64,000 bases of DNA from Lingula anatina (taxonomy: Eukaryota > Animalia > Brachiopoda): positions 24,242,001 through 24,306,000 of the forward strand of contig CM120642.1 in the NCBI GenBank assembly GCA_051362555.1. The letters are read 5' to 3'. Positions within the stretch are counted from its first letter, which is position 1, and every line of letters begins with the position of its first letter. Below, in pieces: positions 30,818 to 45,700 of the stretch. A program made the position numbers and the translations under genes. Under the pieces are notes generated by a model. The model worked only from the letters and a program-made list of their open reading frames with translations. It made no database searches and was not told where the DNA came from.

Positions 30818-33800
30818 TATATTGTGTCATCTGTGTGTATCTACATCATGTCATCTCCTCTGTCTGTTGGTTCTCATTTCATGATTTAAATTTAATTTCT
30901 TCAGTAGGGGACAACCTTCCTTGCAAACAACCATCCAAAAATTTTAATTTTACCAAAAGCATATCTGCAGAGTTGCTTTGATCAAAAGGTCTATAATATA
31001 CAGTAAGTAAATTATTTTACCTCTGCTGTTTTGGGGCTTTTTAATTACAATTTATTAAGAACTTTGCTTGCCATAATGCTGTCTTATTCATTATTTACAG
31101 CTCAATCCTTGCAAGAGTTTGGCAAGCTGATTGCATCCATTGAAGACGAGAGGGATAAAATGGTAGGTATTGAATAAAGAAAGAAGAGGGAAGCAAGGGA
31201 TAATCATATGATAAAACAGGCTGTTCATACTCCTTCTATTTTCACATTTTTCTCCTCAAATATCCAACCACTACACCCTGTGTGTCAAATATCTTATGCC
31301 TTTGTTAAGTCCTTGCAGTGAAAAAGGATTTAAAAAAAAGAATGTGTAATAATCTATTAGAAAATTAAAAATGAAGTAAGTTTGCCAAATTTTAAGTGAT
31401 TGGTTTAAATATGCTTAGACTACTTTGTATTCTTCCTACATAAGTCGATGATAATTGTGATGAACGTAAGTTGGATTTGACATGATAGAAATATAAAAAA
31501 GCACCAGTTTGCTGCATGGGAGACAGAACGTGACATGATGCAGTTCTGGTTGAAAAACTGCCTTTGCCAGTAAAAGCCATCACTTCCATCAAATGCACAT
31601 ACACAATGTATACCAACTCTGGGCAATCAATTTATGACTCTGTAGCTTTTAAGAGAAGTGACAGTACAATATCTGCTGTGTCAACATACATTTAAACCAT
31701 ATCAATTAATAATTTTTAGTGCCATTTTATATAAAAGGAGAGTGATTATGGTAGTGATGACTGTGTCATCTTGACCAGAGGCTTTGCTGCATGTGATGAT
31801 ATATGTTCCTTTTAAGCCATGGGGAATTTTGGTATATTTTCATTGTGTGGGTGATCTCAATTGTAACAAAGGCCACAATTGTTGGTAAATGTCCACAAAC
31901 ATATACTGATGTTCTCCATTGTGGAACCGAAGTTTCTTAGAAAATTGACAAAAATTCTGAAAATACTTGAATATAGATTTCAACTGAAAAATTTAGCCTA
32001 TGTTTAGTGATCTTTTCTAGTTTTCGGTTAAGACGTATGTCACATAGGTCAATTTTAGTGTTTTAAGAGTTGAAAGGATGTCCTTATGACAGAACAATAA
32101 ATAAATATTACAAATTTGTGTCTTAGTAGTGTCAACAGTAGTGTTGATAAAATATATTTTCTCTTAGAGTTTTTCTACTGGTGTATTATGTTAATATGAG
32201 AAAGTCATGGCCAGGGATGATACATGCACAAGATGCCACTTTGAATCACCACACTTGTTCTAGCTTCAGAAATGTTCTTTCCATGTTCAACACACAGACT
32301 TAACAGACTGCTCATGCCCATAAAATCTTATTGATTTTTTCCTAGAAAAGATTATGGTCCTGCAGAGATTTTATGGGAGCATGCCAACAGAGAACTTATA
32401 CCACTGCTGGCCTTTCTGAGTAGGGCTCTTGTGTAACCAGGAAGTAAAGGGGTGAAAATGGGGTAGTTGGGGCGGGGGGGGGGGGGGGGGGGGGTGCAGA
32501 TCTTAATGCTCACAGTTTGTGAGCTTGAGTGTCAGTTTGCATCTGAATATCCATGCACAGTTATCACTTTAAAATTTCACAAAAGTAAACTTCCTTCCAT
32601 GAAACCAATTGTTTTTTGAGAACTTTGGAATAGTCTTAATGTCCATATATATATATGGCACCACATTCATTAGGAAAATGAATTTCATTTGGAATAAGTA
32701 ATTAACACTTGTAGCACATAGTATAATTTTTTACAGGTGTACAATTCAGCCTGCATAGCTGCAAATTCTTTATTATCACTGTCTCAGTGTCTGTACATGC
32801 ACTCCTTCAATAGCCTACCTGATTAATAATCAGATATTCCAACAGAGGATAAAAACTCAATTGCTTACTAGTAACAGGTTTTTTTGTGGGGTAGATTTTG
32901 TTTTCATACATAAATAAGTTCAGTAAAAGGTGGTTTATATATACTTCAGCTATGTTTAAAATCTTATAATTTGTCCCTGTAAATCCTATGTTTGCCACTG
33001 ACGTGGAAATCATCTCTGATAATCTGAACAGGCTGAATAACATGCCTATCTGTCCTCTTTTTCTAGTCACATTTTTTAGAAACTTTTCATTGTCAACATA
33101 GCTATCTCTTATCAGCTGTTCTGTGTCATGTGGATTTGCACTGGATGGCAATAGGCAAAAGGTATGTTTACACTCTTTGGAATGAGAAGATTTCGATCCA
33201 GGTTCCAGTTTTTTGTAAAGCTAAATGCTCACTGAATTTGTGAGCAAGAGAATTTATGTTTGTGAGAGAATTTTCTGAAAAGGAAGGGTTGTTTCACAAA
33301 GCCATTGCAATCTTCAGTCGCAGAGTGCTTTGCATTTCAAGCACAAAAATTTGGAGGCAACTTTCTTTTTGTTCAACGTGGGGTTATATTTTATGTAAAC
33401 GACTAAGATATGAAATGAGATTATACCAGTTCTTTATGTTTGATGGTTATCCCTATTTTAGGTTGGTGGTAAATGATGTGGACATGTTAGATTGGTTAAA
33501 GTGCACACTAGCATGCTCAACTAGTTTATAATATAATATGAATCACATTTAATTTCAAATTGTTAATTAAAAATGATAAATGGATTAAAGAAGGACAGAA
33601 ATATCAATTTATTATTATTATTAATAATAATTAGTGGTCTAAGGAACCTGACATGTTTTTTGCTCACGATTTTTGGTCTGAAGTTATCTTGGTCTGAACG
33701 TAACTACCTGTCTGTCACACGAGTCTGGTTCGACGCTCTTCTCTAATCCCGTATCAGCTTGCCCTTTGTCGTCGCCTCCTCTTCATTTGCCACTTCTCAT

Positions 33801-35493
33801 AACCCCATGTTTGTGGAGAGGAAAGTTTGTTTGCGTTTAGGTCTAACGTTATTCCGCCTCAACACCCTTGCATAAAGGCATGGAATTGGCTTCTTGATCA
33901 CAAAATAACCCGAACACCTCCTGTGCTCCTGGGTTGTAGCGGCAAGAATAACTTTTTACCCAAGTTGTATAGTGACAAAATATCCCAATTAAATTTCATT
34001 ATGGAAAATACGATAAAAACTTGTTGACTTATGTTTTACAATAGTTCCCAAAACAACCCCCAACCTTAGCCATTATTGGCCTGTTTATGTCTTTTTACTT
34101 TTAGGTTGTAATGATGAAATTTTAACGGAATTTTCCTGTTGCAAAAAAAAAAAAAAGATTCAAAAAGCTTTTGGTTTTTGTGTTTTTATAAGTTGGGGGC
34201 TCATTTCGTTAGGCTTCATACAGGAGAATTTAGCTGTGGTCACAGGATGTACTGATAAGTGACAAACAGGTTAGTAAAGGTTTTGTTACTTTTCCATCCT
34301 TATTTTATAGACCAGTGAAAAATTAATTAAAATGTGAATTTACAAAAAGTAAGATTGGTAATACTTTGGTTGGAAGTTTCAGTCAGATTTATATAAAAAA
34401 GGACAAAATTTAAACTAAAAATAAAGACTTGCATTTTTTGTCTTTTTAAAAGTTTGTATAGCAAAACTGGCTATAGAACATAAGTGTAAATCTATAAAAA
34501 ATTAGTTTTTTTACACACAAAAGAGACTAAATTCAATTCTATAGTTCTGTCTACACAGACTTTTTAAGTATATTGGGTAATTTTTTCTTTCAAGTATATT
34601 GTTGAAATAACCAGAAGTAAAGAAAAGATGTTTTAGAATGATGTTGCTACCTTGTTCTTATCCTGCAACAAGCAGATGCTCATGGAAGGAAATGTACTCC
34701 GAAATGTACATCTTCGTACATTTCACTTGAAATGTACTATTTCTGCTGATCTTGTACACCTGCTCGACATCTTATTACAGATTTATAGGTAGAAATGTCT
34801 GAGCCAGGTTGATGTTGGTCTACTGCAAGCAATATTTGCTGTAAGCATATATTTACATGGTGAAAATATGCATTTACAATACATGGACCTTAATTTATCA
34901 ACTAAAACATGGACATGTTTTGTAGTTACAGCTTGTACATTGAAAGGAAGGATGTGTAGTTGATATCAAAGATTTCTTCAGGCTATTTCTGAATAAGTTT
35001 GCTTTTGAAAATCTGCAAATGTTAACTTTCAGTGAATTCACCAACAATTTTTCACTATTTTATTTAGCCAGGATACATCATATCAGCCAATAGAAAAACA
35101 TGAGGAGGTCATCTGATAACAAAGCGATTGCTTTTTGCATGCCTTAGACTCAGCATGAAATAATGCAACCATCAGTTTCTATACCCAGTGGTTTCATTGG
35201 GCATTTAGCCGCAAAGAAAAAAAAAAGAGTATAAGGTGACCATTGAATCAAGTGAAAGAAAGAAAAGATTCCAAAGATTCCAATTGATTGATTGATTTAT
35301 TGATTTCCTCTCGGAGAATTCTCAGCATGGTGGATTCACTGGCATTTTATATATATGTACATTTTATGTAGTACGGTATATACTTGAAATTTTCAAATGC
35401 TTCACATATTCTTGTATTTTATCATTTAAAGGCAATCATTTCAGTATCTTAGAAAAAAAGAAATAACTGTTTAATTTTGACCATCACAAATGA

Positions 35494-35562
<69 letters not shown>

Positions 35563-35928
35563 GGCGGTGATTGGGAAAAAATGGATGCTTGACTCAAAAT
35601 TCTGTTAAGGTGATCAAGAAACAAATGTTGAAGTTGGAAAATTTTATTTTTTATTTTGCTGTATAAAGGTCTGACAGTCATTTTGTGTCCCATTTTTAGT
35701 TTTCTTTGAAAAAAATCAATGATAAATGAATGAAGACAAGTAGCAGCGTGTGAACATTTTATTTGTTTGGTTGAGTCATTGCTGTTTTATGTTTCCATAT
35801 TTAATCTGTGACTAATGAAAAACAAAATTAAAAATAGAAGGCACTCTTTTTCCTGCCAGTTTTGTGACAAATATTACACAGTATGTTCAAAATTCTTGGA
35901 AGTTTTAAATACAGTGACTCTCCAGTCT

Positions 35929-35981
<53 letters not shown>

Positions 35982-36677
35982 ACTAGAATTCTTGTTACTT
36001 GGCTTCAATTTCATGTGACAATCCAAAGTCTTGATCCAGCAAATTTGTCTCATACTAGTACTTTAAGACCCAAACCTCATAGTAGTCCATGGAATAAGTA
36101 GGGGTCTGAAACATTGAGAATAACTCCCCTGTTACAAAACAAGCTCACCATCTTATTTTTTTTTAATTTTTGAATTAAAATTGGGATTATTACTTAGTCA
36201 TTTTGGGGTCATGATAGTCTGAAGTATGGGTCTAAAAGTACAGACGGATTTTTGGGCTAAGGTTGTTTTCTGAAGCAGACCCCCAGGAGTTGCATAGTGC
36301 CTGGCTCAGTCCTTTGAAGTTTGATGGACAAAACAGGTGAGGGGAGGGTGGAGCTGGCAGCATTGAAATATTTTTTAAGTGTGTTTGCGGGTTCTACGGT
36401 AATTACTCAAAAAATTTCAAGCACCACAATTGGTTCTAATATCTGATGTTTTCAAGATTGATTCAGTTCTTATTTTGCATAAAAAAATGCATATTCTGAC
36501 TTAAGTCCCATTCACTTTTTAAAAGGGCTGAATCGTTATTTCTGAATATTCTTAAATAATATAGTTTGTGGTTATATGATTTATATTTGGTTAAAATCAA
36601 TATTCACAATAAATTTTATACATCTTTCCTATAATCTTGAGATTATTTACTCTGGTTAAAACAGTAGCAAGTTGTGC

Positions 36678-36714
<37 letters not shown>

Positions 36715-39700
36715 TTCATTTTTTTTTTTTTGCCATTAAAAATTAAGTTGTTAACTCATACATTCTGTAACAGCCATGTTTCATATGTATAGCTAATAAT
36801 GACATTTTGAAGTGCATCCCTCTGCATCAATTTTTTAAAAAATGAAAAATATTGACCTTTTCGTTTTATATGTCATTACATTTCAATTATCACACAGTTA
36901 ACCAGCCAGTCAACCACAATTTAATTTTGAGGTTAGTATACAACAATTGTGGTCAAATAATAGAGTCAACTTTCAACAGATTAATAAAAAAAAAAAAAAA
37001 AAAAAAAAAACATTCATGCCTGGAGTTATTTGTTGAAGTATGAAAAAAGACTGTGGATTAAATCTTACAGATTTTATACATAGTACATTCTCTGTTTTCT
37101 TAACATAGACAAATTTTTTATGTTTGTTTTTATGTACAGACACAGATGTGTCTGTACATATTGCCATCACCTGTGTCTGTCGTCGCCGTCGTTGCCGTCG
37201 CCGGCGCCGTGCACTTTCCTTGTAAACACAATAAGTGGAAGGCAGTTTTACTTTTTGGCTTTATATTTACAGAGCTGATGAATATTCGTAAAACGCAGGT
37301 CAAGTTCGAAAATCAGCATGATCGGGCCATTATTGTAGAAGTTATGCTGTTTTTTCACTTTTCAGCATATTTTTCACATTTCCTCAGATTCAATTCTTAG
37401 GCATGTTAACAGTCTCATTATTAAACTAATAAGATACGTAAAAGTGTTTGTTTGACATTTCCTGCATCTTTACAACATTGTTAGTTGATTTTGTAAAAAT
37501 GATGGTAAACTTGTTATCGTGTATTGTGTAATAAAGTTTCAAAAATGGAAATAAACTCATATCATTGCAGTTTGTCAGATTCAATCATTCACTATGTTCA
37601 GAATCTCAGAATGGAAGAAATTGGACATTTAACACTACTCTGTTGATATTTTTCCCATCTCATCAATTTTCCTAGTTGATAATATAAAAATGGCAGTAAA
37701 CTGTTAATTTTGTTTTATGTTAAAAATTGTTAAAAATGGAAAAAAAAAAACATTTCAGAACAGTGCTGTCTTGTTTACATTTTGGCAATTTCAAGTTGTG
37801 ACTTTGAAGTTCCATGGGCCTGAAGACCTTTGCTAGTCACATTTTCTGAATATCCATGATACTAATATTTTATTATTAAAAATTGATGGTCATCATGCTG
37901 TTAAACATTATGTAATATTGCATCAAAATTTGAAAAAAACCTATTTTGGGCACTGCTCCCATGATGACCATTTAAGAAAAACCATGTCACTTACTGTTCT
38001 CAAACAGTACAGTAAATATATATAGATGTGTCTGTACATATTGCCATCACCTGCGTCTGTCGTCGCCGTCGTTGCCGTGCACTTTCCTTGTAAACACGAT
38101 AAGTGAAAGGCAGTTTTACTTTTTGGCTTTATATTTACAGAGCTGATGAATATTCATAAAACGCAGGTCAAGTTCGAAAATCAGCATGATCGGGCCATTA
38201 TTGTAGAAATTATGCTGTTTTTTTCACTTTTCAGCATGTTTGCAACACTGTAAACACATTTCAAGGAAAACCGATAGGCCTGTTGTCATGAAACTCACAG
38301 GAGTAATCGATCTTACTAAAACACAGGTCAAGTTCGAAAATCGGCATGATCGGGCCACTATTTTAGTAGTTATGCTTTTTTTTTCACTTTTCAGCATATA
38401 TGCAACACTGTAAACACAATATAAGAAAAACAGACAGGCCAATTGTCATTAAACTCACAGGAGTGATCAATCCTGCTAAAATGCAGGTTGAGTTAAAAAA
38501 TCAGCATAATCGGGCCATTATTTTAGAAGTTATGCTGTTTTTTCACATTTCCTCAGATTCAATTCTTAGGCATGTTAACAGTTTCATTATTTAATTAATA
38601 AGATACGTGAAAGTGTTTGTTTGACATTTCCTGCATCTTAACAACATTGTTAGTTGATATTGTTAAAATGATGGTAAACTTGTTATCGTGTATTGTGTAA
38701 TAAAGTTTCAAAAATGGAAATAAACTCATATCATTGCAGTTTGTCAGATTCAATCATTCACTATGTTCAGAATCTCATAATGGAAGAAATTGGACATTTA
38801 ACACTGCTCTATTGATATTTTTCCCATCTCATCAATTTTCTTAGTTGATCATATAAAAATGGCAGTACACTGTTGATTTTGTTTTATGTTAAAAATTGTT
38901 AAAAATGGGAAAAAAACATTTCAGAACAGTGCGGTCTTGCTTACATTTTGGCATTTTCAAGTTGTGACTTTGAAGTTCCATGGGCCTGAAGACCTTTGCT
39001 AGTCACATTTTCTGAATATCCATGATACTAATATTTTATTTTTAAAAATTGATGGTCATTATGCTGTTAAACATTATGTAATATTGCATCAAAATTTGAA
39101 AAAAACCTATTTTGGGCACTGCTCCCATGATGACCATTTAAGAAAAACCATGTGACTAACTGTTCTCAAATAGTACAGTAAATATGTACAGATGTGTCTG
39201 TACATATTGCCATCACCTACGTCTGTCATCGCAGTTGCTGTCGCCGGCGCTGTGCACTTTCATTGTATGTGGGATAAGTGGAAGGCAGTTTTACTTTTTG
39301 GCTGTTTGGTAATTCTTACTGCCAGTTAACAGTTTTTTTGTGAAAATTTAATTTTTCACATATTGGCATTTTCAAGGTGTGATTTTGAAGTTCCATGGGC
39401 TTGAAGACCCATGCTAGTCACATTTTCTGAAAATCCATGATACATATGTTTTATTATTAAAAATTGACGGTCATTATGCTGTTAACCATTATGTAATATT
39501 GCATCAGAATAGAAGAAAACACAATTTTGGGTGCTGCTGCCATGATGACCATTATGGGAAAACCGTGTTACTTATAATTGCCATACTTTCAAAAAAGAAA
39601 AACAGGACTAAAATGCAGCCTGAGTTGGAAAAGCAGTCTAATTGGCTTCTTTTTCTGGAAGTTATACATTTTCAAAGTGTGAACTTGAACTCCCATGGGC

Positions 39701-42700
39701 CTGAAGCCTTATGCTTGTTACACATTTTACTTACATTGGTATTACCTGTTGAGCATAATTAAAATTTGATGTTGAATTTGCAGTTTAACATAATGTACTT
39801 TTGCATCAGAATTGACAGTAGCCTATTTTGTGCATAGTTATTTCCTGTTTTTTGTCTGTACATTTGACAGCTTTGCTGCCTTGTTTTATTTACATATTTA
39901 TTTATTTTTAGGACAGTGACTTTCTATTAAATGCAGTTGATGTCATAAGCACATGTTGATTAAGTATTTAAAAATAATGTAAAATGAAATACATGTTTAA
40001 TTCTTATTTTTAACATGTTTGGTGCAGTCTGTAGCAGAAACGTTCTGTAATTATTGTTATTTGCATCAGATTCTATAATTCTGGCTGTAGAAAGCAGACA
40101 ATAAGATAATGTCTTTGTATTTTGCTCAAATTATATGACTATTTCTTGATATTTTCTTCGAATGAAAATAAAAATATGTAAGCCATGACAAAAGGGGGGG
40201 GGGGGGGGGGGGGGGGGCAAAAGGACAATAAACTATAAGCATCAAACCAGTGCATTGAGTAATATATCACATCTTCATAGGTGAAAGTGTTTCAAGACAC
40301 CACTTTCAATGATTTATGTATAAAGACTATTCTTGTCTGGTTGGAGACCATGGCATGTTTGAAAGTAAATAGAGTGTAGAGATAATTGTTGGATAATGAA
40401 ACACATACAAGCATAGGCCTTTGTATTCTGTCTACAGCCAGTCTATAGATTAAAGTGATATCCTTAAAATGGTATGTAAAAAAGGGAAATAAGTTTGTAC
40501 AATTTTTCAGAAATGGAAAGATGATGATGCCAATAAATCATAAACCGTCATTTGGTAACTCTTTTTTGGGGTTATCATCCTAGTTTTTCTTTAAGGGATT
40601 TTAGCTTCAAAAGAACCCAAAAAGGTAAAATTGTCTAGAAGGTTCTATTAATTACAGGGTGTCACATCATCATGTCGCCAGTTTAAATCACCAAAAGGGT
40701 GACATATGATCTTGTCCCTGGACTGGGACACCCTAACGCTAGGTGCACATAACATTTGAAATCGTGTCACATTGGTGTGTGGCTGCCTCTTATGGTGGTC
40801 TGTCTCTTCAAAGCTATGAGATGAGTTGCCTCAGTGGTCGAAACTGACAGTGATAATGTCGTAAGCATGTTTCAGGCGTAATTAATATTACTTTGTACAA
40901 CACTGTTGCATGGGGCAGCCTATGTTCTTTGATTTAAAAGTGTTTGTCTAGGTAGCTACTTGTCTGTAAATGTCCCTGAAAAAAGTATACAAGAGAGAAT
41001 CTGTCTTGTATAAAGTGTGATTGGACTACAATTTTAGTTCATTAATGTGGATATAGCTGTGAATGCAATTTCTGTAGAAGAGGTTCACTAGGCAGTAGGC
41101 AGTGTCTTCACCTTCATGAACTGTAAGTTGTTTTTAGACTACAGGATCACTCAAGTCCTTTTTTATTCAGAAAGTGGAGACCATTGGCATCTAGTTCAGA
41201 CCTTGTGTCTGGACATTGACTTGTGTCTAGTATTTGCCTTTTATGCTGGCATCTTAAGAACTTGCTTCTGCTCAAAGTTGCAGTTTACATAAGACTCTTA
41301 CTGCATTATTTAGAGATTTCGGTTAATAATTGTTTTCTAGATTGTACTTATAGCTCTACAAATTTTGAAGAGAATTTGTACAAATACAAACTAAAAACAT
41401 GAAGGTCTACATTTGAACTATCTGAACTGGTGCCCGTTGAGTTATGGAGTTGGTGTAGTCAGTGCACTGTGGCACTTCCATTTCCCTAGAACTTCAGTCA
41501 CATAAAAGGATGGCGAATGGTATTAACTGATAAAGAGTACTAGTAATATTCTGCTGTCAGTGACATATGTTTGGCACTTTAGATCTTGTAAGTTTTTGTC
41601 TGGTATTGCATATTTTATCATGATGGCAGAGGATTACAGTGAGGATTACATCAACTGTGTGATAGAGTATGCACACATTTTGCTCACTGTCTGGGAAAAC
41701 AATGCCCTTACTCATCAAAATTATAAAATCTATCGGAAATACAGGAAATTTTTGTGAAGTATCCCTTTGGGTATGTATTACTGGTTATATTACCCTTAAG
41801 TCGATTGTATGCATGTGAAATTGATTTTTTTCTATTTAAGTTGGATCATGTGTAGACTTCTGTGGTGTTTAATAATCTATTATTTATATGATGTATTCTG
41901 AGTAATATTTACACCTGGCTGTAGAGTTCTCTTTGATGTCAGGTTTTTGGATGTCAAACAAATAGTTGTGTTAAAGTAGTGGACTTAAAATGTTTTACAC
42001 CTATATATAACGTTTTTTTAAATTTAACAATTTTCCTTAAATCATAACTTGAAAGTACATCTGTAACAGTTTGAAAAAATTATGGTCATAATGGAGATGG
42101 AGTCTTAGGAAATGTCACTCATGATGCTAAAAGTGACTACCAGGTTTAATGCTCCTTGTGTGCCATCAATAATTGTGTTATAGTGATCTGTTTGGGATAA
42201 AATGATCAATAGGATAGATGTACTGGTCCCTTTTAGTACTGTGCTAAGTGCTTATGTCTGCATTCAAAAATTTCACTTATAACTGGGACTTGTAGAGATG
42301 AGTCCAGAAATAAGGTGAATAAATATTGAAATATGTGACTGTGAGTGTGCTTTTGAAGTTCTGGGATGTGACACTGTTTTTTCATTTTGTTTAGTGGAAA
42401 TTGCCTTCAGCAGTTTTTATACTGCACCAGCATGACTGGTGCTAACATGTTTTAACGCTATTGGGGGGTGGGGGAGGGGGTGGAGGGTTTACCTGTCACA
42501 AGCCCCAGTGTCTCTCAGTCGAAATTGATTTGATTAACTGGACAAGTTGAGCACAGGGATGCCGTTTAATTGACTTGCATACATTATAGCTAGGCAGTTG
42601 TCTACCTCTTGAACTGGAGCAGTGTAAAAAAGTGAACTGCTTGATGTGAAAAGGCTTTACTGTGTCTCTTCTTTATAGTTAATTTGAACATATGGAGATG

Positions 42701-45700
42701 TGAAAAGAAAGAAGCTTGTATGCAATAGACCTGAAGCTTCAGGTTTTTACCCTTTGTTTCACTTGTCCTAGCACTACATTTACTGAATACCCACATCTCA
42801 TTGTTTATAAAAACTGAAATTTGTCAGTTGAAGTTTCATCATTGTCTATTTTCAGTTGACAGCTGCCTATGACCAGTTCATCAAGCCATTGGAAGATTTC
42901 AGAAAGGATCAAATAGGTGGCGCCAAGGTAGGTTGTAAAATGTGGTGAGCTTATTGAGAAAGGGGGCAGGTGAGGGCAGGGGAGAAGTTCAGTGTGCTGA
43001 GTAAAAGAAGGGCAGGAAAGTGGAATTAGGTTCAAAATGCCATTAAAACTTTAATTTTTTCTACTGAATTGAAATAGGCTATTTGGTCATTTGCCCAAAA
43101 AAGCGCATGGTAATGACTTAATTTTTTCAAGGGTTAAAAAGCTAAAAATATCAATAATAGCCGCATAACTTTAAAATCAATATACTAGTAAATATATTTT
43201 GGTGTAGCATTTGTGGTCTTTTTCTGTATAGAATAGAATAGAATAGTTCTATTCTATTCTGTATAGAATAGAACTATTAGGTAGCCTGCTTTTCAGTTTT
43301 GTTGCTACCACTCAATAGGGATTTTCTAATTTTAATTTTATGACTTTAAAAAGTACAGCATCAGTAAAATTCACAATTTTCCCCATTGAAAACATTAAGT
43401 CATTACCCTATGTCATTTAAAGATTTGTATTGTATGCTGATGTTTGAGAATTGGTTGGGGGGGGGGCATCAAATTGGGTGGAGCAGAAAATATGTTAGTT
43501 CGATAGTCAGAAAGTTTTCATTTATGATAGATCCTGAAATTTGATTTACCTGTTGACTGTTTTGTCTGTTCACTCTCAAATTTCAGGATCTGTCATAAGG
43601 AAAACTTTCTGACTATCAAAACTAAGATCAAATGAAACTATTTTCACATGTTAGTTTGACCTCGCAGAGATGGGAGGAATGGTCACATATTTATAGTGAT
43701 CTGTGTAGCTTCCACATTGAATGCTTTCAATAAGGCTTTGGTGATCACTTCACAGTTAACATGTGCTGGTTGCATAAACTTAATTATTTATGTTATGACA
43801 TGGAGGCAGGCATTGAGTGTGTTAGGTGTGCTTCACAAGGAGCATTGTTCTTAAGACTTGCTTACACTATGTTGTGACTGCTTTACCTTGATCTGTACTA
43901 CTGTAGCACACAGTGTGTAAGGAAGGTAATTATTTTTTTTAAGATTCCAATTTTTTTGGTCAAATCTGAAAATAATCATTATAAAGTACAGATATGCTTT
44001 GCTTCGGCAAGTGGTAGGATTGAGATATTCTTGGAAGTTTTTCATATAAAAAGATTAGAAAATGAAATAACTCATAGAAGCTAATCAAAAAATAAATACA
44101 ATTTCCAAATTATTTACCTTTGGAGAAAAATAGAATATCAAAAAATCTGGCCCAAAATCATATTTTCACCTCTTTGATACTCTTAACAATCTTGCTTAAG
44201 GCAACAGAATTATGCTAACAGTGAACCAAATATCCACCTATCCATGTACACTCAAATAAAAAGCAGCCCCTGAGTCACGAGGCAAAACACATGAGTCACA
44301 AACTAACTTTTCTTGATCTCTCTCACCTGAGTTGAAGAGGGGAGAGAATTAACCAGAGGGTATTTTGCTTGAGTAAATATATCAATAATAACATTGTCCT
44401 TTTACAAAAAAAGAAACAGTGCATTTTAGTGAATTCTATAAGAACATACAGCCTTACAAACCCAAAATCAAACAGAAGATGACTTAAAGATTGTGGCCAA
44501 GTTGAAGTGACCAGGAGGCTTAGCAAATATAGGATATTCTCAGAGGGTCAGCAAGGTGGTATTTACTCAGGCACTGACCTTACCTGAGCCTCCAGCTAGT
44601 GTCCCCAGGCGATGAATACAGGTGTGACACTTATTAACTGAGAGTATGGTTATTGTTCTTGAATTTCAAATATTTGTGCTTTTCTTATCAAAGTGAAAAA
44701 AAAAGGATTTTCAATTTTAAAAAAGAATTTTTGTCATCTGTTTTGATTAGTAATTGCTGTTTAAATGTCAAAAAATAATCACTTTTTAGAAATTTGTTAT
44801 CCATCTCATATAATACAAACAAATTTGCTTTGAGAAAAGCAATGATATCATAAAAAGTATTCACTTTGTTGTTGTCCATTTCATAAATTACTAAAAAAAA
44901 ATTGTCTAGAAAAATAAAATTATTAATTTTATAAGGCAAATTGTATTAATTTTGCCTAATTTAATTAAATTTTTACATACCCAGCAGTGCAATATGACAT
45001 ATTAATATTGGAAATTAGTCCTTTGAGATTGTACTTTTCTCACTCGGGTATGAAAAGGCAAAATAATTAATATTGTTAGATTTTTTTAAACCAGTTTTCA
45101 CAATTTATTGTTTTGCTTAATGATACTCATTCCAGTAAAGCAAAGACACATATTTCTTGATGCTACCAAATCAATACATCTTTTCAAAAAATTCAAGAAA
45201 TCTTTTTTGTCTCTCGGTAATTTGTGTTCACTGAGGTACCTCTCAGACCTAGGTGCGTACGAGCACACACCGTTAATGTTTGTAAACAGCCCCCTTTGAT
45301 CTATTGTTGTTCCCGTTCCACCAGATTAGGCTAGAGCTGTGGTCATTTAAATATAGCGACCAGGGTGAACTGGCCAGACAATACTCAAATATGTTGAAAT
45401 GCACAGGACGGGCTCTGAAACAGTCTCTGGACAGAATATATTTTTTCGAGCAATTTTGTTTTATGCTCTGATACTGTTCAGTTGATAGCGGTCTAGATTG
45501 GTGTTTAAAGGTAAGCTGTATGTTTGATTTTTTTCCTAATGTATTTTTTAGAGGAATTGGGTGTGGAGAGAGAGGGGGGAGGAGATTAAGGGGAGATGAG
45601 AAAAACCTGTGGTTTTCTCTTCTAATAGTTATTTTTTTCTACCCTGGTCCATACATAACTATAATATGAATCCATGCGTGGTCTCCTGTTTATTGATTTT

